From Cyclobacteriaceae bacterium (GTDB lineage: Bacteria; Bacteroidota; Bacteroidia; Cytophagales; Cyclobacteriaceae): 64,000 nt of DNA. The stretch covers positions 8,258 to 72,257 of the forward strand of contig CBDCHR010000007.1 in assembly GCA_965217295.1 (NCBI GenBank), given 5' to 3'. Below the pieces are notes generated by a model that saw only the letters and a program-made list of their open reading frames with translations, made no database searches and had not been told where the DNA came from. Positions 9,200 through 21,241 of the stretch are shown one piece after another. The translations under genes and the position numbers were made by a program. Each line of letters starts with the position of its first letter. The first letter of the stretch is position 1.

Positions 9200-10474
9200 C
9201 TAATTAGTTTTTTTTGGCCGCACTGTATTCTTACTGCCTATTTTGTACGAGGGTTTGAATCCGCTTTGCTTTCCCATGCTAGATGTGGGGACAAATGCGT
9301 CATAAGCTGGTAAGATAGCCGCACCCAAAGCAGCTGTATCGTCCCCAGCGCGACCCACTTCTAACTTGGCGTAGTGCGGTCGGCCCGGCATTTTAATCTG
9401 CTCGACGCAAGCTTCTACACGGTTAACGTAGTAGCTGAGCAACTCACTTGGAAGTCTACCTCCAAAAATGACTGCTTCAAAATCTAAGAGGTTGTCAGCA
9501 CTGGTGACAGCTTGGGCCATAACCTTGGCGGAGTTTTCCATCCAGGTCAGAAGCGGCTCGTCTCGCTCAACCAACTTCGCTAAAAGCTGATTAGGAGTTG
9601 TATAAGTCGAGCCTAAGCGTTGGCGAAGGGCCAAAAGTGAAGTATAAGATTCTAGCGTTCTAGAAGCACCATCACAGGAGATCAGCATGTGTCCAAATTC
9701 ACCCGCGTTTAAGCCGGTGCCGCGGCGGATTCTTCCATCTAAGAGAACACCTCCTCCCACGCCTAAACCGATATACACGTACAGAAAGTCCGCGTATTTC
9801 TGGCCCGTACCATACCAGTGTTCACCGATAGCCGCAGCCGTTGCATTGTTGTCAAGAAAGACCGGTAGGTCGATAGCATCGGCAAGCTGTGCGCGGAGCG
9901 GAATATCATCCCAACCCGGAAAGTTCGGAGGGGCGCTCACACAACCATTCAAAAGATCAAGTGGCCCGACCGTGACTAAACCAACGCCCAGTATTTTATT
10001 GATGGAAGTCTTCTCTCGCGCAACCAGCTTATGAAAGCAGTTCGTCAGGAGCGAAAGCGCTTCATCAGGAGTTGGCGATTCGATCTCATGATCCACTGCC
10101 GCAAGCGTCTCACCTTTAAGGTTAACTAAAACGCCTGTTAGGATATCGCGGTCCAGGTGAAGACCGACTGTGAGAGCCGAATTGGCATTGAGATCGAGTT
10201 CGATCGGCGGCTGACCCCTCTGATTGTTGCGCCGTCCGGTTTCGATGACCAGTCCCTCTTCGATAAGAGAGCTGACGATGTAGGTCACTGCTGAACCCGT
10301 AAGGCCTATCAGATCTGAGATCTCGACGCGTGTAATCGGTGCATGGATACGAATCAGCTCGAGCACCGATAAACGGTTGAAGTCTCTGACGTGTTTTGCA
10401 TTGCTTCCCCGACGCATAAAATCTCTACCATCCTCACCACACGATTTGAGAAGTTCATCGTTGTTGACACTCAA
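9200..10474 (-). CDS. ROK-family transcriptional repressor (true start may be the ATG at 10417)
   Basis: N-terminal wHTH (NRLSVLELIR...TRVEIS), DNNATAAAIGEHWYG, GVGGG, AGEFGH. Confidence 0.92.
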   Translation of the reverse strand: MSVNNDELLKSCGEDGRDFMRRGSNAKHVRDFNRLSVLELIRIHAPITRVEISDLIGLTGSAVTYIVSSLIEEGLVIETGRRNNQRGQPPIELDLNANSALTVGLHLDRDILTGVLVNLKGETLAAVDHEIESPTPDEALSLLTNCFHKLVAREKTSINKILGVGLVTVGPLDLLNGCVSAPPNFPGWDDIPLRAQLADAIDLPVFLDNNATAAAIGEHWYGTGQKYADFLYVYIGLGVGGGVLLDGRIRRGTGLNAGEFGHMLISCDGASRTLESYTSLLALRQRLGSTYTTPNQLLAKLVERDEPLLTWMENSAKVMAQAVTSADNLLDFEAVIFGGRLPSELLSYYVNRVEACVEQIKMPGRPHYAKLEVGRAGDDTAALGAAILPAYDAFVPTSSMGKQSGFKPSYKIGSKNTVRPKKTN

Positions 10475-10488
10475 TTCTAATCGTGCTA

Positions 10489-10502
10489 TTAATTTAAATT
10501 AA
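10489..10502. promoter_or_regulatory. Candidate ROK operator in the divergent promoter region
   Basis: Perfect palindrome TTAATTTAAATTAA in an AT-rich gap between the ROK gene and the catabolic operon. Confidence 0.55.
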
Positions 10503-10605
10503 CTTGTTTAATTTGTCAAATTTGCTATCTATGGAGTGAAGCAGAGGGGTTGGCGTCGATGGCACCAGAGTTTGGAACGAGCTTGAAACTTTGGAGGCGA
10601 GGAAG

Positions 10606-11445
10606 ATGGTCAAGGTGAGGCTCAGGCGCTTTTTGGCGGAGGACGGGAAATGCCTCGACGTCGCCATAGATCACGGGTTTTTTAACGACCCTAGCTTTTT
10701 GGTTGGGATCGAAGCAATGCATGAGGCTGTCCGAGCCGTAGTCGCAGCAGCCCCCGATGCGGTGCAACTCAGCGTGGGACAAGCTCCCTTGCTCCAGGTG
10801 CTTCCTGGTAAAATGAAGCCAGCCCTCGTGCTAAGGACCGACGTAGCAAACGTTTACGGCAGTAACCTGCCCGACTACCTTTTTAGCCATGTCATCGAGG
10901 ACGCTGTGGAACAGGCGCTCCGGCTCGACGCCGCGTGCCTTTGCGTCAACCTTCTTTTAATCCCTAACCAACCTAGATTGCACGCGCAGTGCGTCGAGAA
11001 TATTTGTCGGCTCAAGCCTGTGGCTGAACGCTACGGCATGCCGCTCATGGTCGAACCGCTGGTGATGCGAGACAACGTGCTGGCTGGGGGCTACATGGTG
11101 GACGGGGACCTCGGCAAGATCAAGGCCTTGGTGCGTCAGGCTGTCGAGCTGGGTGCCGACGTGATTAAAGCCGACCCTACGGATGATGTTCAGGCTTATC
11201 ACGAAGTAATTGAGGTCGCCGGGCATATTCCTGTTTTGGTACGCGGGGGTGGGAAAGCGTCAGAGAAAGAGATTCTCGAGCGCACGTTCGACCTGATGCG
11301 GCAAGGAGCTAAAGGCATCGTCTACGGGCGCAACGTCATCCAGCACGAGAACCCATCCGCCATGACGCGCGCCCTGATGGCTATCGTTCATAAAGACGCC
11401 TTACCGCAGGAGGCACATTGCCTCCTGCGGGGGGTGAATGCCTGA
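10606..11445 (+). CDS. Class I aldolase (FbaB/LsrF-like)
   Basis: DVAIDHG, PLMVEPL, ELGADVIKAD (Schiff-base Lys), VRGGG, VYGRN. Confidence 0.88.
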   Translation: MVKVRLRRFLAEDGKCLDVAIDHGFFNDPSFLVGIEAMHEAVRAVVAAAPDAVQLSVGQAPLLQVLPGKMKPALVLRTDVANVYGSNLPDYLFSHVIEDAVEQALRLDAACLCVNLLLIPNQPRLHAQCVENICRLKPVAERYGMPLMVEPLVMRDNVLAGGYMVDGDLGKIKALVRQAVELGADVIKADPTDDVQAYHEVIEVAGHIPVLVRGGGKASEKEILERTFDLMRQGAKGIVYGRNVIQHENPSAMTRALMAIVHKDALPQEAHCLLRGVNA

Positions 11446-12599
11446 TGCGAGAGATCCGCTTCGGCATCATCGGCTTAGGCCTGATGGGGCGTGAATTCGC
11501 CAGCGCCGCGGCACGCTGGCTGCACCTTTTGGACATGGATGTGCGCCCCGTCATCATCGCGGTCTGCGACACCAACCCTTCGGCTATCGCCTGGTTCAAA
11601 GACAATGTCCCTTCCGTCACCTTCACAACAGAGGACTACCGGGAGCTGCTCGAGCAGCCCAGTGTAGACGCCATTTACTGCGCGGTGCCCCACAACCTGC
11701 ACGAGCGCCTCTACACCGACATCGTTCGCGCGGGAAAGCATCTGCTGGGCGAAAAACCGTTCGGCATCGATAAGGTGGCCAACGAGCAGATCAACTGCGT
11801 GATCAAGAAGCATCCCGAGGTGCTGGTTCGCTGCTGCTCGGAAATGCCCTTCTTTCCGGGGGCGCTGGAAGTTACGAGGGCGATCCGGGAAAACAGGTTC
11901 GAACGGATCATCAGCGTGGAAGCGGGCTTTTTGCACAGCAGCGACCTCAACCCCGGCAAACCCATCAACTGGAAGCGGATGATCCAGTACAACGGCGCGT
12001 ACGGTTGCATGGGCGACTTGGGAATGCACGTGCTGCACATCCCGCTGCGCTTCGGCTGGCACCCGCAAGAGATCAGCGCCGTCCTGTCCAACATTATGAC
12101 TGAACGGCCTGATGGCAAGGGGGGGACGGCGCTTTGCGAGACGTGGGACAACGCCACGCTGCTGGGAGAAGTGGAAGCGGACAACGACAGGTTTCCCCTC
12201 CTCCTCCACACCAAGCGCATCGCGCCGGGTGAGATGAACACGTGGTACATCAAGGTCCACGGCACCAAGTATTCGGTAGAGTTCTCAACAAAATATCCCA
12301 AAACGCTCCGGGTTCTTGAATATAGTGGCGGCGTCCAAGCCTGGCAGGAGATCGAGCTCGGGTACGCGAGCGCCTATCCAGCTATCACGGGCTCTATATT
12401 TGAGTTTGGCTTCGCCGACGCGATACTGCAAATGTGGGCCGCCTTCTGCGACGAGGTGGCGCACGGCCAAGCTGGAATGAAACAGCCTTTTTACTGTGTA
12501 ACCCCTGAGGAAGCCGCCCAGAGCCACGACATCTTCACGGCGGCTTTGGCCTCTCACGCTGAGCGCAGTGCTGTGTCTTTAGGCGTTACGGTGAGGTGA
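11445..12599 (+). CDS. Gfo/Idh/MocA NAD(P)-dependent oxidoreductase
   Basis: GIIGLGLMG Rossmann motif, EKP, DLGMH; start overlaps the aldolase stop. Confidence 0.9.
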   Translation: MREIRFGIIGLGLMGREFASAAARWLHLLDMDVRPVIIAVCDTNPSAIAWFKDNVPSVTFTTEDYRELLEQPSVDAIYCAVPHNLHERLYTDIVRAGKHLLGEKPFGIDKVANEQINCVIKKHPEVLVRCCSEMPFFPGALEVTRAIRENRFERIISVEAGFLHSSDLNPGKPINWKRMIQYNGAYGCMGDLGMHVLHIPLRFGWHPQEISAVLSNIMTERPDGKGGTALCETWDNATLLGEVEADNDRFPLLLHTKRIAPGEMNTWYIKVHGTKYSVEFSTKYPKTLRVLEYSGGVQAWQEIELGYASAYPAITGSIFEFGFADAILQMWAAFCDEVAHGQAGMKQPFYCVTPEEAAQSHDIFTAALASHAERSAVSLGVTVR

Positions 12600-12667
12600 A
12601 TGAGATGTCCCTGGGTAAGGCACTAATCCGATGAACCATTTTTGTCTAAACGGGAGGGCAGGCTTCC

Positions 12668-14391
<1,724 letters not shown>

Positions 14392-14485
14392 GAGGAGGTT
14401 TACAGTATGTAACCGCATAAAAACATAAAGGAGCATTTCGGTAGACCTACCTAACAGCGTTTGAAACAAACTAAGGAGGCTTAAC

Positions 14486-15817
14486 ATGCGCAGCTTGATA
14501 CTTTTTCTACTGACCGCCACATTGGGTACAAGTGTGGCTCAAAGCGACGTCACACTCGTCATCTGGGGAGAGCCCAACACAGTTGGGTGTATAACGGGTA
14601 ATGATGACAGTGAACGCTGCAGCTATGCCCACTACATCAATGACACGTGGGCCGAGATGCATCCCAACATTAAACTTAAGTGGGAGGAGCATGGTTGGGA
14701 CGAAACGTTACGGCAAAATCTGGTAACAGCCCAGCTCGGTGGTGTGGCACCGGATATTACAGTGGGCGAATCCTTTATTCCCGCACTGGTATCCAACGGC
14801 TCACTTGCTCCACTCACCATTTCGCAGGAGGCGCTTGACAATATTGTCCCGGGTACCGTCGCTGCGGCGACGAAGGATGGTCAGGTGTACGGCGTTCCGG
14901 CGCTCACTGCTGTGTTTGCACTCGAGGTCAACGCAGACGTTGTTCGCGAGGCGGGTTTAGACCCTGATACGCTCGATCTCTCGACCTGGGACAAAGTCGA
15001 AGAGGTAGCAGCAGAGATCGCGCAGGCAGGAAATGAGTCATACTATGGATTCTCGATTTTGGGCCAAACGCCCTTCCCGGCAGCGGCCCTCTTTCGCGCG
15101 GCACCCTATATCTATCAAACCGGTGCGGACTTTTGTGCGGAAGGATGCACTGAGCCCACTTTCAACGATCCTCGATCGGTGAAAGCTTATCAGTGGTTCC
15201 GTGATATGTACCAGTACACGCCACCGGGACTGGCTTTCAACGGCGACGAGGGGTTTGTATTCGCCCAGCTTTTTGATGGCCTTACAGCCATGCAAACCGC
15301 TGGGGCTTGGCACCCCACCTGGGCTAAGAGCAGCGGATGCGATGACTGTCGCTATCTGCCTCTGCCGACCCCCGATGAAGGCGGACAGCCTGCGAATGTC
15401 GTCGTGGGCAACCCCATCTATGCTGTTCTCGAGAGCAGTGACCACAAAGACGAAGCGATGATGTTTTTGGAGTGGCTGATCGATCAACAGGTCCAGCTCA
15501 ACGTTTTCTGGGCTTGGGGCTCCATGCCTGCTACCAAGTCAGCCTTGCAAGCGATCACGGAAGTCGCCAATGGTGATCTAACGTCTGTACCAGATTACTA
15601 TAGCGGTGACGATGCACAGGCGCTGGCTAGCGTTTACAGCAACTACATCAACGAACTCCTAACGGGCGACGTGCGGATTTTGCCCCCTTGGGCCAACAAC
15701 GGTCCAGAGTTAAACACACTTTGGAACGACATGTTTGCAGAAGTTCTCACCTCAGACAAGCCGGTGCAGGACATCCTTGATAATTATCAAGCACAGGCCG
15801 AAGCTTTGGTTAGATAG
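14486..15817 (+). CDS. Sugar ABC transporter substrate-binding protein
   Basis: Signal peptide, family 1 SBP features, position before two permeases. Confidence 0.88.
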   Translation: MRSLILFLLTATLGTSVAQSDVTLVIWGEPNTVGCITGNDDSERCSYAHYINDTWAEMHPNIKLKWEEHGWDETLRQNLVTAQLGGVAPDITVGESFIPALVSNGSLAPLTISQEALDNIVPGTVAAATKDGQVYGVPALTAVFALEVNADVVREAGLDPDTLDLSTWDKVEEVAAEIAQAGNESYYGFSILGQTPFPAAALFRAAPYIYQTGADFCAEGCTEPTFNDPRSVKAYQWFRDMYQYTPPGLAFNGDEGFVFAQLFDGLTAMQTAGAWHPTWAKSSGCDDCRYLPLPTPDEGGQPANVVVGNPIYAVLESSDHKDEAMMFLEWLIDQQVQLNVFWAWGSMPATKSALQAITEVANGDLTSVPDYYSGDDAQALASVYSNYINELLTGDVRILPPWANNGPELNTLWNDMFAEVLTSDKPVQDILDNYQAQAEALVR

Positions 15818-15831
15818 TTTCTTGGTTCCGG

Positions 15832-15866
15832 CCTCTCAAGGTAGGGGTTGTTCCTACCTTGAGAGG
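15832..15866 (+). terminator. 14-bp stem-loop after the SBP gene (mRNA stabiliser or partial terminator)
   Basis: CCTCTCAAGGTAGG-ggttgtt-CCTACCTTGAGAGG, a perfect stem. Confidence 0.7.
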
Positions 15867-15909
15867 TTCCCGAAACAGGAAAAACCTACTTGCATACGAG
15901 GTCTGTATC

Positions 15910-16845
15910 ATGCAAAACCGTAAATTTGCCAAGCTTCAACAGCCACCGAACCCAACGCGCTTTGCTCAGTGGCGGCAGAAGCGGCGGCAGAGTTTTACGG
16001 CATGGCTCATCCTTACTCCTGTATTAATTTACTACTTTTTCTTCTATCTTTTACCTGTGGTCGCCAACCTCGCGGTGAGTTTTCTCAACTGGGACGGTTT
16101 CGGCCAGGCTAGATGGGTTGGCTTTGCTAACTTCACGAGGTTCTTCACGTCGCCTCGTTACCTTCAGGTTCTAGGAAACACGGCGCTATTTGCTATCGTC
16201 ATTTTGTTAGCGACTACGGCTTTGGGGTTGTTGGTCGCTTTAGCCCTTAACAGGCAAATCAAAGGCATAGGACTTTACCGGACCCTTTGGTACATTCCCA
16301 CCCTAACCTCCGCCGCGGTTATGGCTCAGATGGCTACGCTTTTCATTGCACCAGGTTCGGGCGTGCTGAGCGCCATCCGTAGCAGTCTGGGACAACCCGA
16401 CATTATCTGGCAAATTGATGTTGGGTTTTCGCGCTTGTTCATCATACTTTTCTCCGTTTGGCGCGGGGTGGGAATGCCGATGCTACTTTACTTGGCAGCT
16501 TTGCAGGGCATCCCTCAAAGTCTTATTGACGCTGCTAAAGTCGATGGCGCAACCTCGTGGCATGCCTTCCGGTATGTGACGCTTCCGCTGCTACGTCCCA
16601 TGACCGCATTCGTGCTGGTTACAGGGCTGATCGGTTCTTTTCAAATCTTTGAACCTATCTTGCTTATCACAACTGGAAAACCGCGCAACACGACAAATGT
16701 TTTGATGTTGCAAATATACAACGATGCCTTTCAAAATCAGAACTTTGGTATGGCTGCCGCGATGGCGACCATCATGTTGCTGATTCTGGTGTGGGCAAGT
16801 TATCTGAACTTGCGCATGCTAGGCCAAACATCTGTGGAGGAGTGA
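15910..16845 (+). CDS. Carbohydrate ABC permease (MalF/UgpA-like)
   Basis: Multiple TM helices; EAA loop variant LIDAAKVDGAT. Confidence 0.92.
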   Translation: MQNRKFAKLQQPPNPTRFAQWRQKRRQSFTAWLILTPVLIYYFFFYLLPVVANLAVSFLNWDGFGQARWVGFANFTRFFTSPRYLQVLGNTALFAIVILLATTALGLLVALALNRQIKGIGLYRTLWYIPTLTSAAVMAQMATLFIAPGSGVLSAIRSSLGQPDIIWQIDVGFSRLFIILFSVWRGVGMPMLLYLAALQGIPQSLIDAAKVDGATSWHAFRYVTLPLLRPMTAFVLVTGLIGSFQIFEPILLITTGKPRNTTNVLMLQIYNDAFQNQNFGMAAAMATIMLLILVWASYLNLRMLGQTSVEE

Positions 16846-16847
16846 GT

Positions 16848-17765
16848 ATGGATAACACCCAGAACTTAACCCAAGATAGCAAAAAAGAGTGGCATAAGCG
16901 CTTGGGTCATTTTGGTCTGCATCTCTTCTTAATCGTTACAAGCTTGATGATGGCTTATCCATTGGTATTTTCGTTCGTCGCTAGCTTTACAAGTCCAAAG
17001 GACTACAACCAGAGCACATGGTTTCCGTTGCCGACCAAGATTTATCTAGCAAACTGGATTGATTTCCTTCAAGAAGGGGACTTGTGGCTTTGGATTTTTA
17101 ATACGATGGTGCGTATTGTCTGGTACATTGTGGTTCCAGCGGCGGTTGCGGTTCTTTGCGGTTATGTTTTTTCGAAGCTTCGATTTAGAGGTCGCAACTT
17201 CATATTTTTCTTATTGCTTGCCTCCATGATGGTGCCTGCCATCGTTTATGTACTGCCGACGTTTATCGGTTTAGCTCACTTTCCACTCGTAGGTGGTAAC
17301 GACATTCTTGGGCGAGGGGGGAGCGGGTTTATCGATAAGTGGGGAGCTTTGCTGTTACCTGGATTGGTTAACGCCTTTTATATCTTTCTGATGCGCCAAA
17401 CATACCAAACGATCCCCAGAGATTATGAGGATGCCGCTAGAATTGATGGGGCCAATACCTTGCAAATTATCGCCAGAATTTACTTACCCCTATTGCGTCC
17501 TGCGCTTATCGTCTTGGTCATTTTTCAATTCGTAGCAGTCTGGAATGATTACCTAAACCCGCTCGTGTTCGCAGGAGGCAATCAGGATATTGCGCCTATT
17601 GCGCTAGGGGCTCAACGGTTTATGCTCTCACAGCGTCTGGGGCAGATAGACTATCCACGCATGTTTGCTGTGGCCACGATCGTCACTCTACCAATCATCG
17701 TGCTGTTTTTGGTTTTACAGCGTTACTTCGTTAGGGGGGTCGCAGGATTTGGTATTAAGGGTTAA
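16848..17765 (+). CDS. Carbohydrate ABC permease (MalG/UgpE-like)
   Basis: TM helices; YEDAARIDGAN; WNDYL. Confidence 0.92.
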   Translation: MDNTQNLTQDSKKEWHKRLGHFGLHLFLIVTSLMMAYPLVFSFVASFTSPKDYNQSTWFPLPTKIYLANWIDFLQEGDLWLWIFNTMVRIVWYIVVPAAVAVLCGYVFSKLRFRGRNFIFFLLLASMMVPAIVYVLPTFIGLAHFPLVGGNDILGRGGSGFIDKWGALLLPGLVNAFYIFLMRQTYQTIPRDYEDAARIDGANTLQIIARIYLPLLRPALIVLVIFQFVAVWNDYLNPLVFAGGNQDIAPIALGAQRFMLSQRLGQIDYPRMFAVATIVTLPIIVLFLVLQRYFVRGVAGFGIKG

Positions 17766-17814
17766 AGTTTATGAGGAGCGAGTGAAGCATATAAGGAGAA
17801 GGATAAAGCAACAC

Positions 17815-18310
17815 ATGCTGAACTATGTCCAAATAGAAAACAAGCCAAGGTTGCTCAAAAGTTTTGGTGGACTGAACGAGAAAGCGTTCGAACAACTGCT
17901 AAGTAGCTTTAAGCGGGTTTATAACGAGTGGCTGGATGAAAAGGATAGAAAGCGAGAAAGCCCCAGGCGACGGGTTCGGGGGGTGGTAGACAAGTGGTGT
18001 TAGGAGAGGATGGAGACAAGCTGTTGTTTATCTTGTTCTACTACCGGTTTTACCCCTTGCAAAAGGTACAGGGTCTGTTCTTTGGAATGGATAAGACGCA
18101 GGCGCATGACTGGCTACATCAGCTTACGCCCCTAGTGAGTAAAGCGCTGGACTACGAACTTCAGCCACCCGCACGTGACACGGCCAGTATCGAGGAGGTC
18201 TTAGCTGCATATCCCGAGCCAAGTTTTATCATCGACGGGACAGAACGCCCGGTAGAGCGACCCAAAGACAAACTAAAAAACCACTACAACGGCAAGAAGA
18301 AAAAGCATAC
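17815..18310 (+). mobile_element. IS5-family (ISL2-like, DDE_Tnp_4) transposase pseudogene
   Basis: Frameshifted near 17995; DKLLFILFYYRFYP, IIDGTERPVERPK, HYNGKKKKHT; truncated. Confidence 0.8.
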
Positions 18311-18498
18311 CGGAAACCCTGCGAGCGGGGGACGCCACAGGCTGGCGCTTTTACCCCGGGTGCCCTGAGCGCATGGACAGGTGTTTAGAGGCTCGACCGC
18401 CGCTTTTTCATGTGGGCGAACCCGACCACCAGGCGTCTTGTTATCTCTATGAAGACGCGCATAAAAACGAGGCCGTAGCGCGACCCGTCGTCAACTAG
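18311..18498 (+). pseudogene. C-terminal remnant of an oligopeptide ABC ATPase (oligo_HPY region)
   Basis: Manual frame: GWRFYPGCPERMDRCLEARPPLFHVGEPDHQASCYLY...stop. Confidence 0.75.
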
Positions 18499-18509
18499 GG
18501 CGCATAACG

Positions 18510-19415
18510 ATGCGCCACCATTTTACCGACCTCAACCGTGTGCCGCTTCTCTTACAGCTCGGCGGGTTTACAAGTGAGGTCTTGGGCTGGGGGTTTTACA
18601 GCGGGGAGGCGTGGTGGCGCAACTACCTGCACGTCCACTCGTTTTTCGAGGTCTGCTACGCCTTTTGCGGGCGCGGCCGCTTCCGCATCGGCGGGCGCGG
18701 CTATCCAGTCCAAGCGGGCGACTTGTTCATCGCCAAGCCCGACGAGGCCCACGAAATTGTCTCGGACGACGCAGCCCCCCTAGGCATCTATTTTTGGTCA
18801 TACACATTGGTTCCCCCTGCCGGTGCCAGCCACCGCGACGTTGACGCGATGCTGCACGCTTTTTTGGTAGACGGCGCGGCTGTGGCCTCAGGGGTGGGCG
18901 TGGTCGAGAAGACCATCGAGCTTCTCACCGACGAGGTCGCGCGCGGGTCCCCCGGCTACGTCCAGGTGATAGAGGGACTTGCCCTGAAACTGATTCTGGA
19001 AACGGCTCGAGCCGTTTCCCACGTCCAGCCGCCTACCGTCACGGACGGCAACCCTGGAAAGGACGCTTCAAAAGACATCTCGAAAGACGTAGCCGTTACG
19101 ACGATGTTGCGTTACATCCGCGACAACTATAACCGCCCCCTGTCTTTGAGGGAGGTCGCCGCGCAGGTGCATTTGAGCGAGCGGCACACGAGCCGCTTGT
19201 TCAAGCAGGTGACAGGCACGTCCATCAAACAGCACGTGCTGGACTTGCGCCTGGATGTGGCTAAACAGCTCCTTCTTAACGAAAAGGTCTCGGTCGCAGA
19301 GGTTGCCTACGCGACAGGCTACGGCGACGTGCGGCACTTCTCCACGCTGTTTCGCCAGCGTACGGGGGCAACGCCGACCGACTATCGGGAAGAGGGCGGC
19401 ACCCGATTTTTGTAA
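18510..19415 (+). CDS. AraC-family regulator with cupin sensor
   Basis: HVHSFFEVCY cupin; C-terminal double HTH. Confidence 0.92.
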   Translation: MRHHFTDLNRVPLLLQLGGFTSEVLGWGFYSGEAWWRNYLHVHSFFEVCYAFCGRGRFRIGGRGYPVQAGDLFIAKPDEAHEIVSDDAAPLGIYFWSYTLVPPAGASHRDVDAMLHAFLVDGAAVASGVGVVEKTIELLTDEVARGSPGYVQVIEGLALKLILETARAVSHVQPPTVTDGNPGKDASKDISKDVAVTTMLRYIRDNYNRPLSLREVAAQVHLSERHTSRLFKQVTGTSIKQHVLDLRLDVAKQLLLNEKVSVAEVAYATGYGDVRHFSTLFRQRTGATPTDYREEGGTRFL

Positions 19416-19553
19416 TGTCCGGTTTACCAACAAACTTGTCCTGTTCCCACCTTCCAAGAAAGGCACACCGCTGCTATGATTTCTCAATCCTAACTGAGAC
19501 GACGGCAGACGCTTAAAGCGAATGTATGTCCAGTTTGCCAAAGGAGGCGGTTT

Positions 19554-20324
19554 ATGTCCGACATTAAAGGGTTTTTTGAGGAAAACGGCTATTACCACGC
19601 CAAGGGGGTTTTTTCGGCGGACGAGGTCCAGGATTTAGAGCGCAACTTCGACCGCATCATTGCGCAGCTGATGGCCTCCGGCGAAGATATCAACGCGACC
19701 TGGATGGGGCCGGAAATGGAACGTATCCAAGCCAAAGACGACGTGATTCTGCACACGCACAACGTCCAGCAGTTCTCAGCACGGTGGTTGAGAGCGATGC
19801 AGAGCGACGCCTTTTTAGACGTGCCCACGCAAGTATTAGGCGAGGACATCATGCTGCACCACTCTAAACTCTTCCAGAAGCCCTCCGAAAAAGGCTCGCC
19901 CTTTCCCATGCACCAGGACTGGTCGTACTTCCCGACCGTCAAAGACACCATGATAGCCGGAATCATCCACATATCCGACGCAACCGACGAGATGGGCTGC
20001 TTACGCGTGTACGAGGGGAGCCACAAGCTCGGGCGGGTGTTGGGCAGCGGCGGGACGGAAGAATCCGAGGTTTTGGCGGCGCACCCTATTGAGGGGGCCA
20101 AGGTGATTGAAGCTGAGGCGGGTGACGTGTTATTTTTTCACTATTTCACGCTCCACGGCTCCATGCCCAACCGCTCAAATACAACCCGCAAAACCGTCCT
20201 CACCCAGATGTACGCCGGGCATGACCGCATCGAAGACGGCAACGCTCACCCGGACGAGCGGTTGGTGTTAAAAGGCTGGAACCACCAGAGTACCCGCGAC
20301 CGGGCGGGGGTCTTCAAGGGGTAA
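19554..20324 (+). CDS. PhyH-family Fe(II)/2-oxoglutarate dioxygenase
   Basis: HQD...LHGS...R triad. Confidence 0.88.
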   Translation: MSDIKGFFEENGYYHAKGVFSADEVQDLERNFDRIIAQLMASGEDINATWMGPEMERIQAKDDVILHTHNVQQFSARWLRAMQSDAFLDVPTQVLGEDIMLHHSKLFQKPSEKGSPFPMHQDWSYFPTVKDTMIAGIIHISDATDEMGCLRVYEGSHKLGRVLGSGGTEESEVLAAHPIEGAKVIEAEAGDVLFFHYFTLHGSMPNRSNTTRKTVLTQMYAGHDRIEDGNAHPDERLVLKGWNHQSTRDRAGVFKG

Positions 20325-20482
20325 AGCTCAGGATATTCGGCGCTCTTGTCGCCCGTTCCCCGCTCACTTTCTGGGCTAATTGTGTACGGCGTAGGGCTAC
20401 GGACTGATCAAAGTTAAGGTTTCTTGCTGCTGTTAGTCGTTAGCGTGCCATTACCTAACCCCCAAACTAAAGGAGGCTCAGC

Positions 20483-20567
20483 GTGCCCACGCTCGCCCTG
20501 ATTGGCGTAGCCCACATCTACACCCCTAACTTTATCGACCGACTGCAAAAGCGAAGCACGGCAAAGG
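20483..20567 (+). pseudogene. N-terminal stub of a Gfo/Idh/MocA oxidoreductase cut by IS3
   Basis: SD AAGGAGG, GTG, MPTLALIGVAHIYTPNFIDRL, ending at the IS3 terminal TG. Confidence 0.65.
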
Positions 20568-21210
20568 TGATCTTAGCCCGCTTTTTTGGAGTCGTAATTA
20601 AGCAGCTTTAGCGAAGTATACCCTTTCAAAGTCGTCAGGTGAGAGATGCCCTAACGACGAATGCCTGCGCCTGGAATCATAAAAGCTCTCGATGTAACTG
20701 AAGATGCTGGTTTTGGCCTGCTAGCGGGTCTTGTAGCTCGCGGCATCGGCCTCCTCAGTTTTGAGTGTGGCAAAAAAGGACTCAACGACCGCGTTGTCGC
20801 AGCAGTTGTCCTTGCCCGACATACTTTGCTGGCTACCGTTGGTGCTAAGCTCGGCTCTAAAAGCGCCGCTGGCGTATTGAACTCGCTGGTCGGAATGGTG
20901 AATCAGCTTTGCTGGGGTAGGCCGTTGTCGAGTTGCCATCTTTAATACAGCGAGATTCAGGTCATCGGTAAGTCTGTCGGAAAATGCCCAGCCGATGACC
21001 TTGCGGCTAAAGAGGTCTAAGGTCACCCAGAGCGGGCAAAGCCCAGCCCGTTGGGCCTAGTTCGCCGAACGGGCTTAGCTCCTGCTTTACGCGCTCGAGC
21101 TCTTTTCTTAGACGCTGATTCTCCTGCCGTGAGTGCCACCTTGTCATTACTATGGAAAGTTAACTCACCACTCTCTTGCCCGTTTACGCGATCTGGCGGG
21201 GAGCGTTTAT
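20568..21210 (-). mobile_element. IS3-family remnant (OrfB integrase core plus OrfA fragment, internally deleted)
   Basis: LDLFSRKVIGW, HHSDQ, DNAVVESFF, internal stop; end TGATCTTAGCCCGC; OrfA-like ENQRLRKELERVKQE near 21085-21125. Confidence 0.85.
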
Positions 21211-21241
21211 GTCAACGCTTGAGATGCTTTCTCAAGTACGT

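Noticed and set aside
14486-17765. ABC transporter lacks an ATPase gene
   Set aside because: Common; sugar ABC systems often share an MsmK-type ATPase encoded elsewhere.
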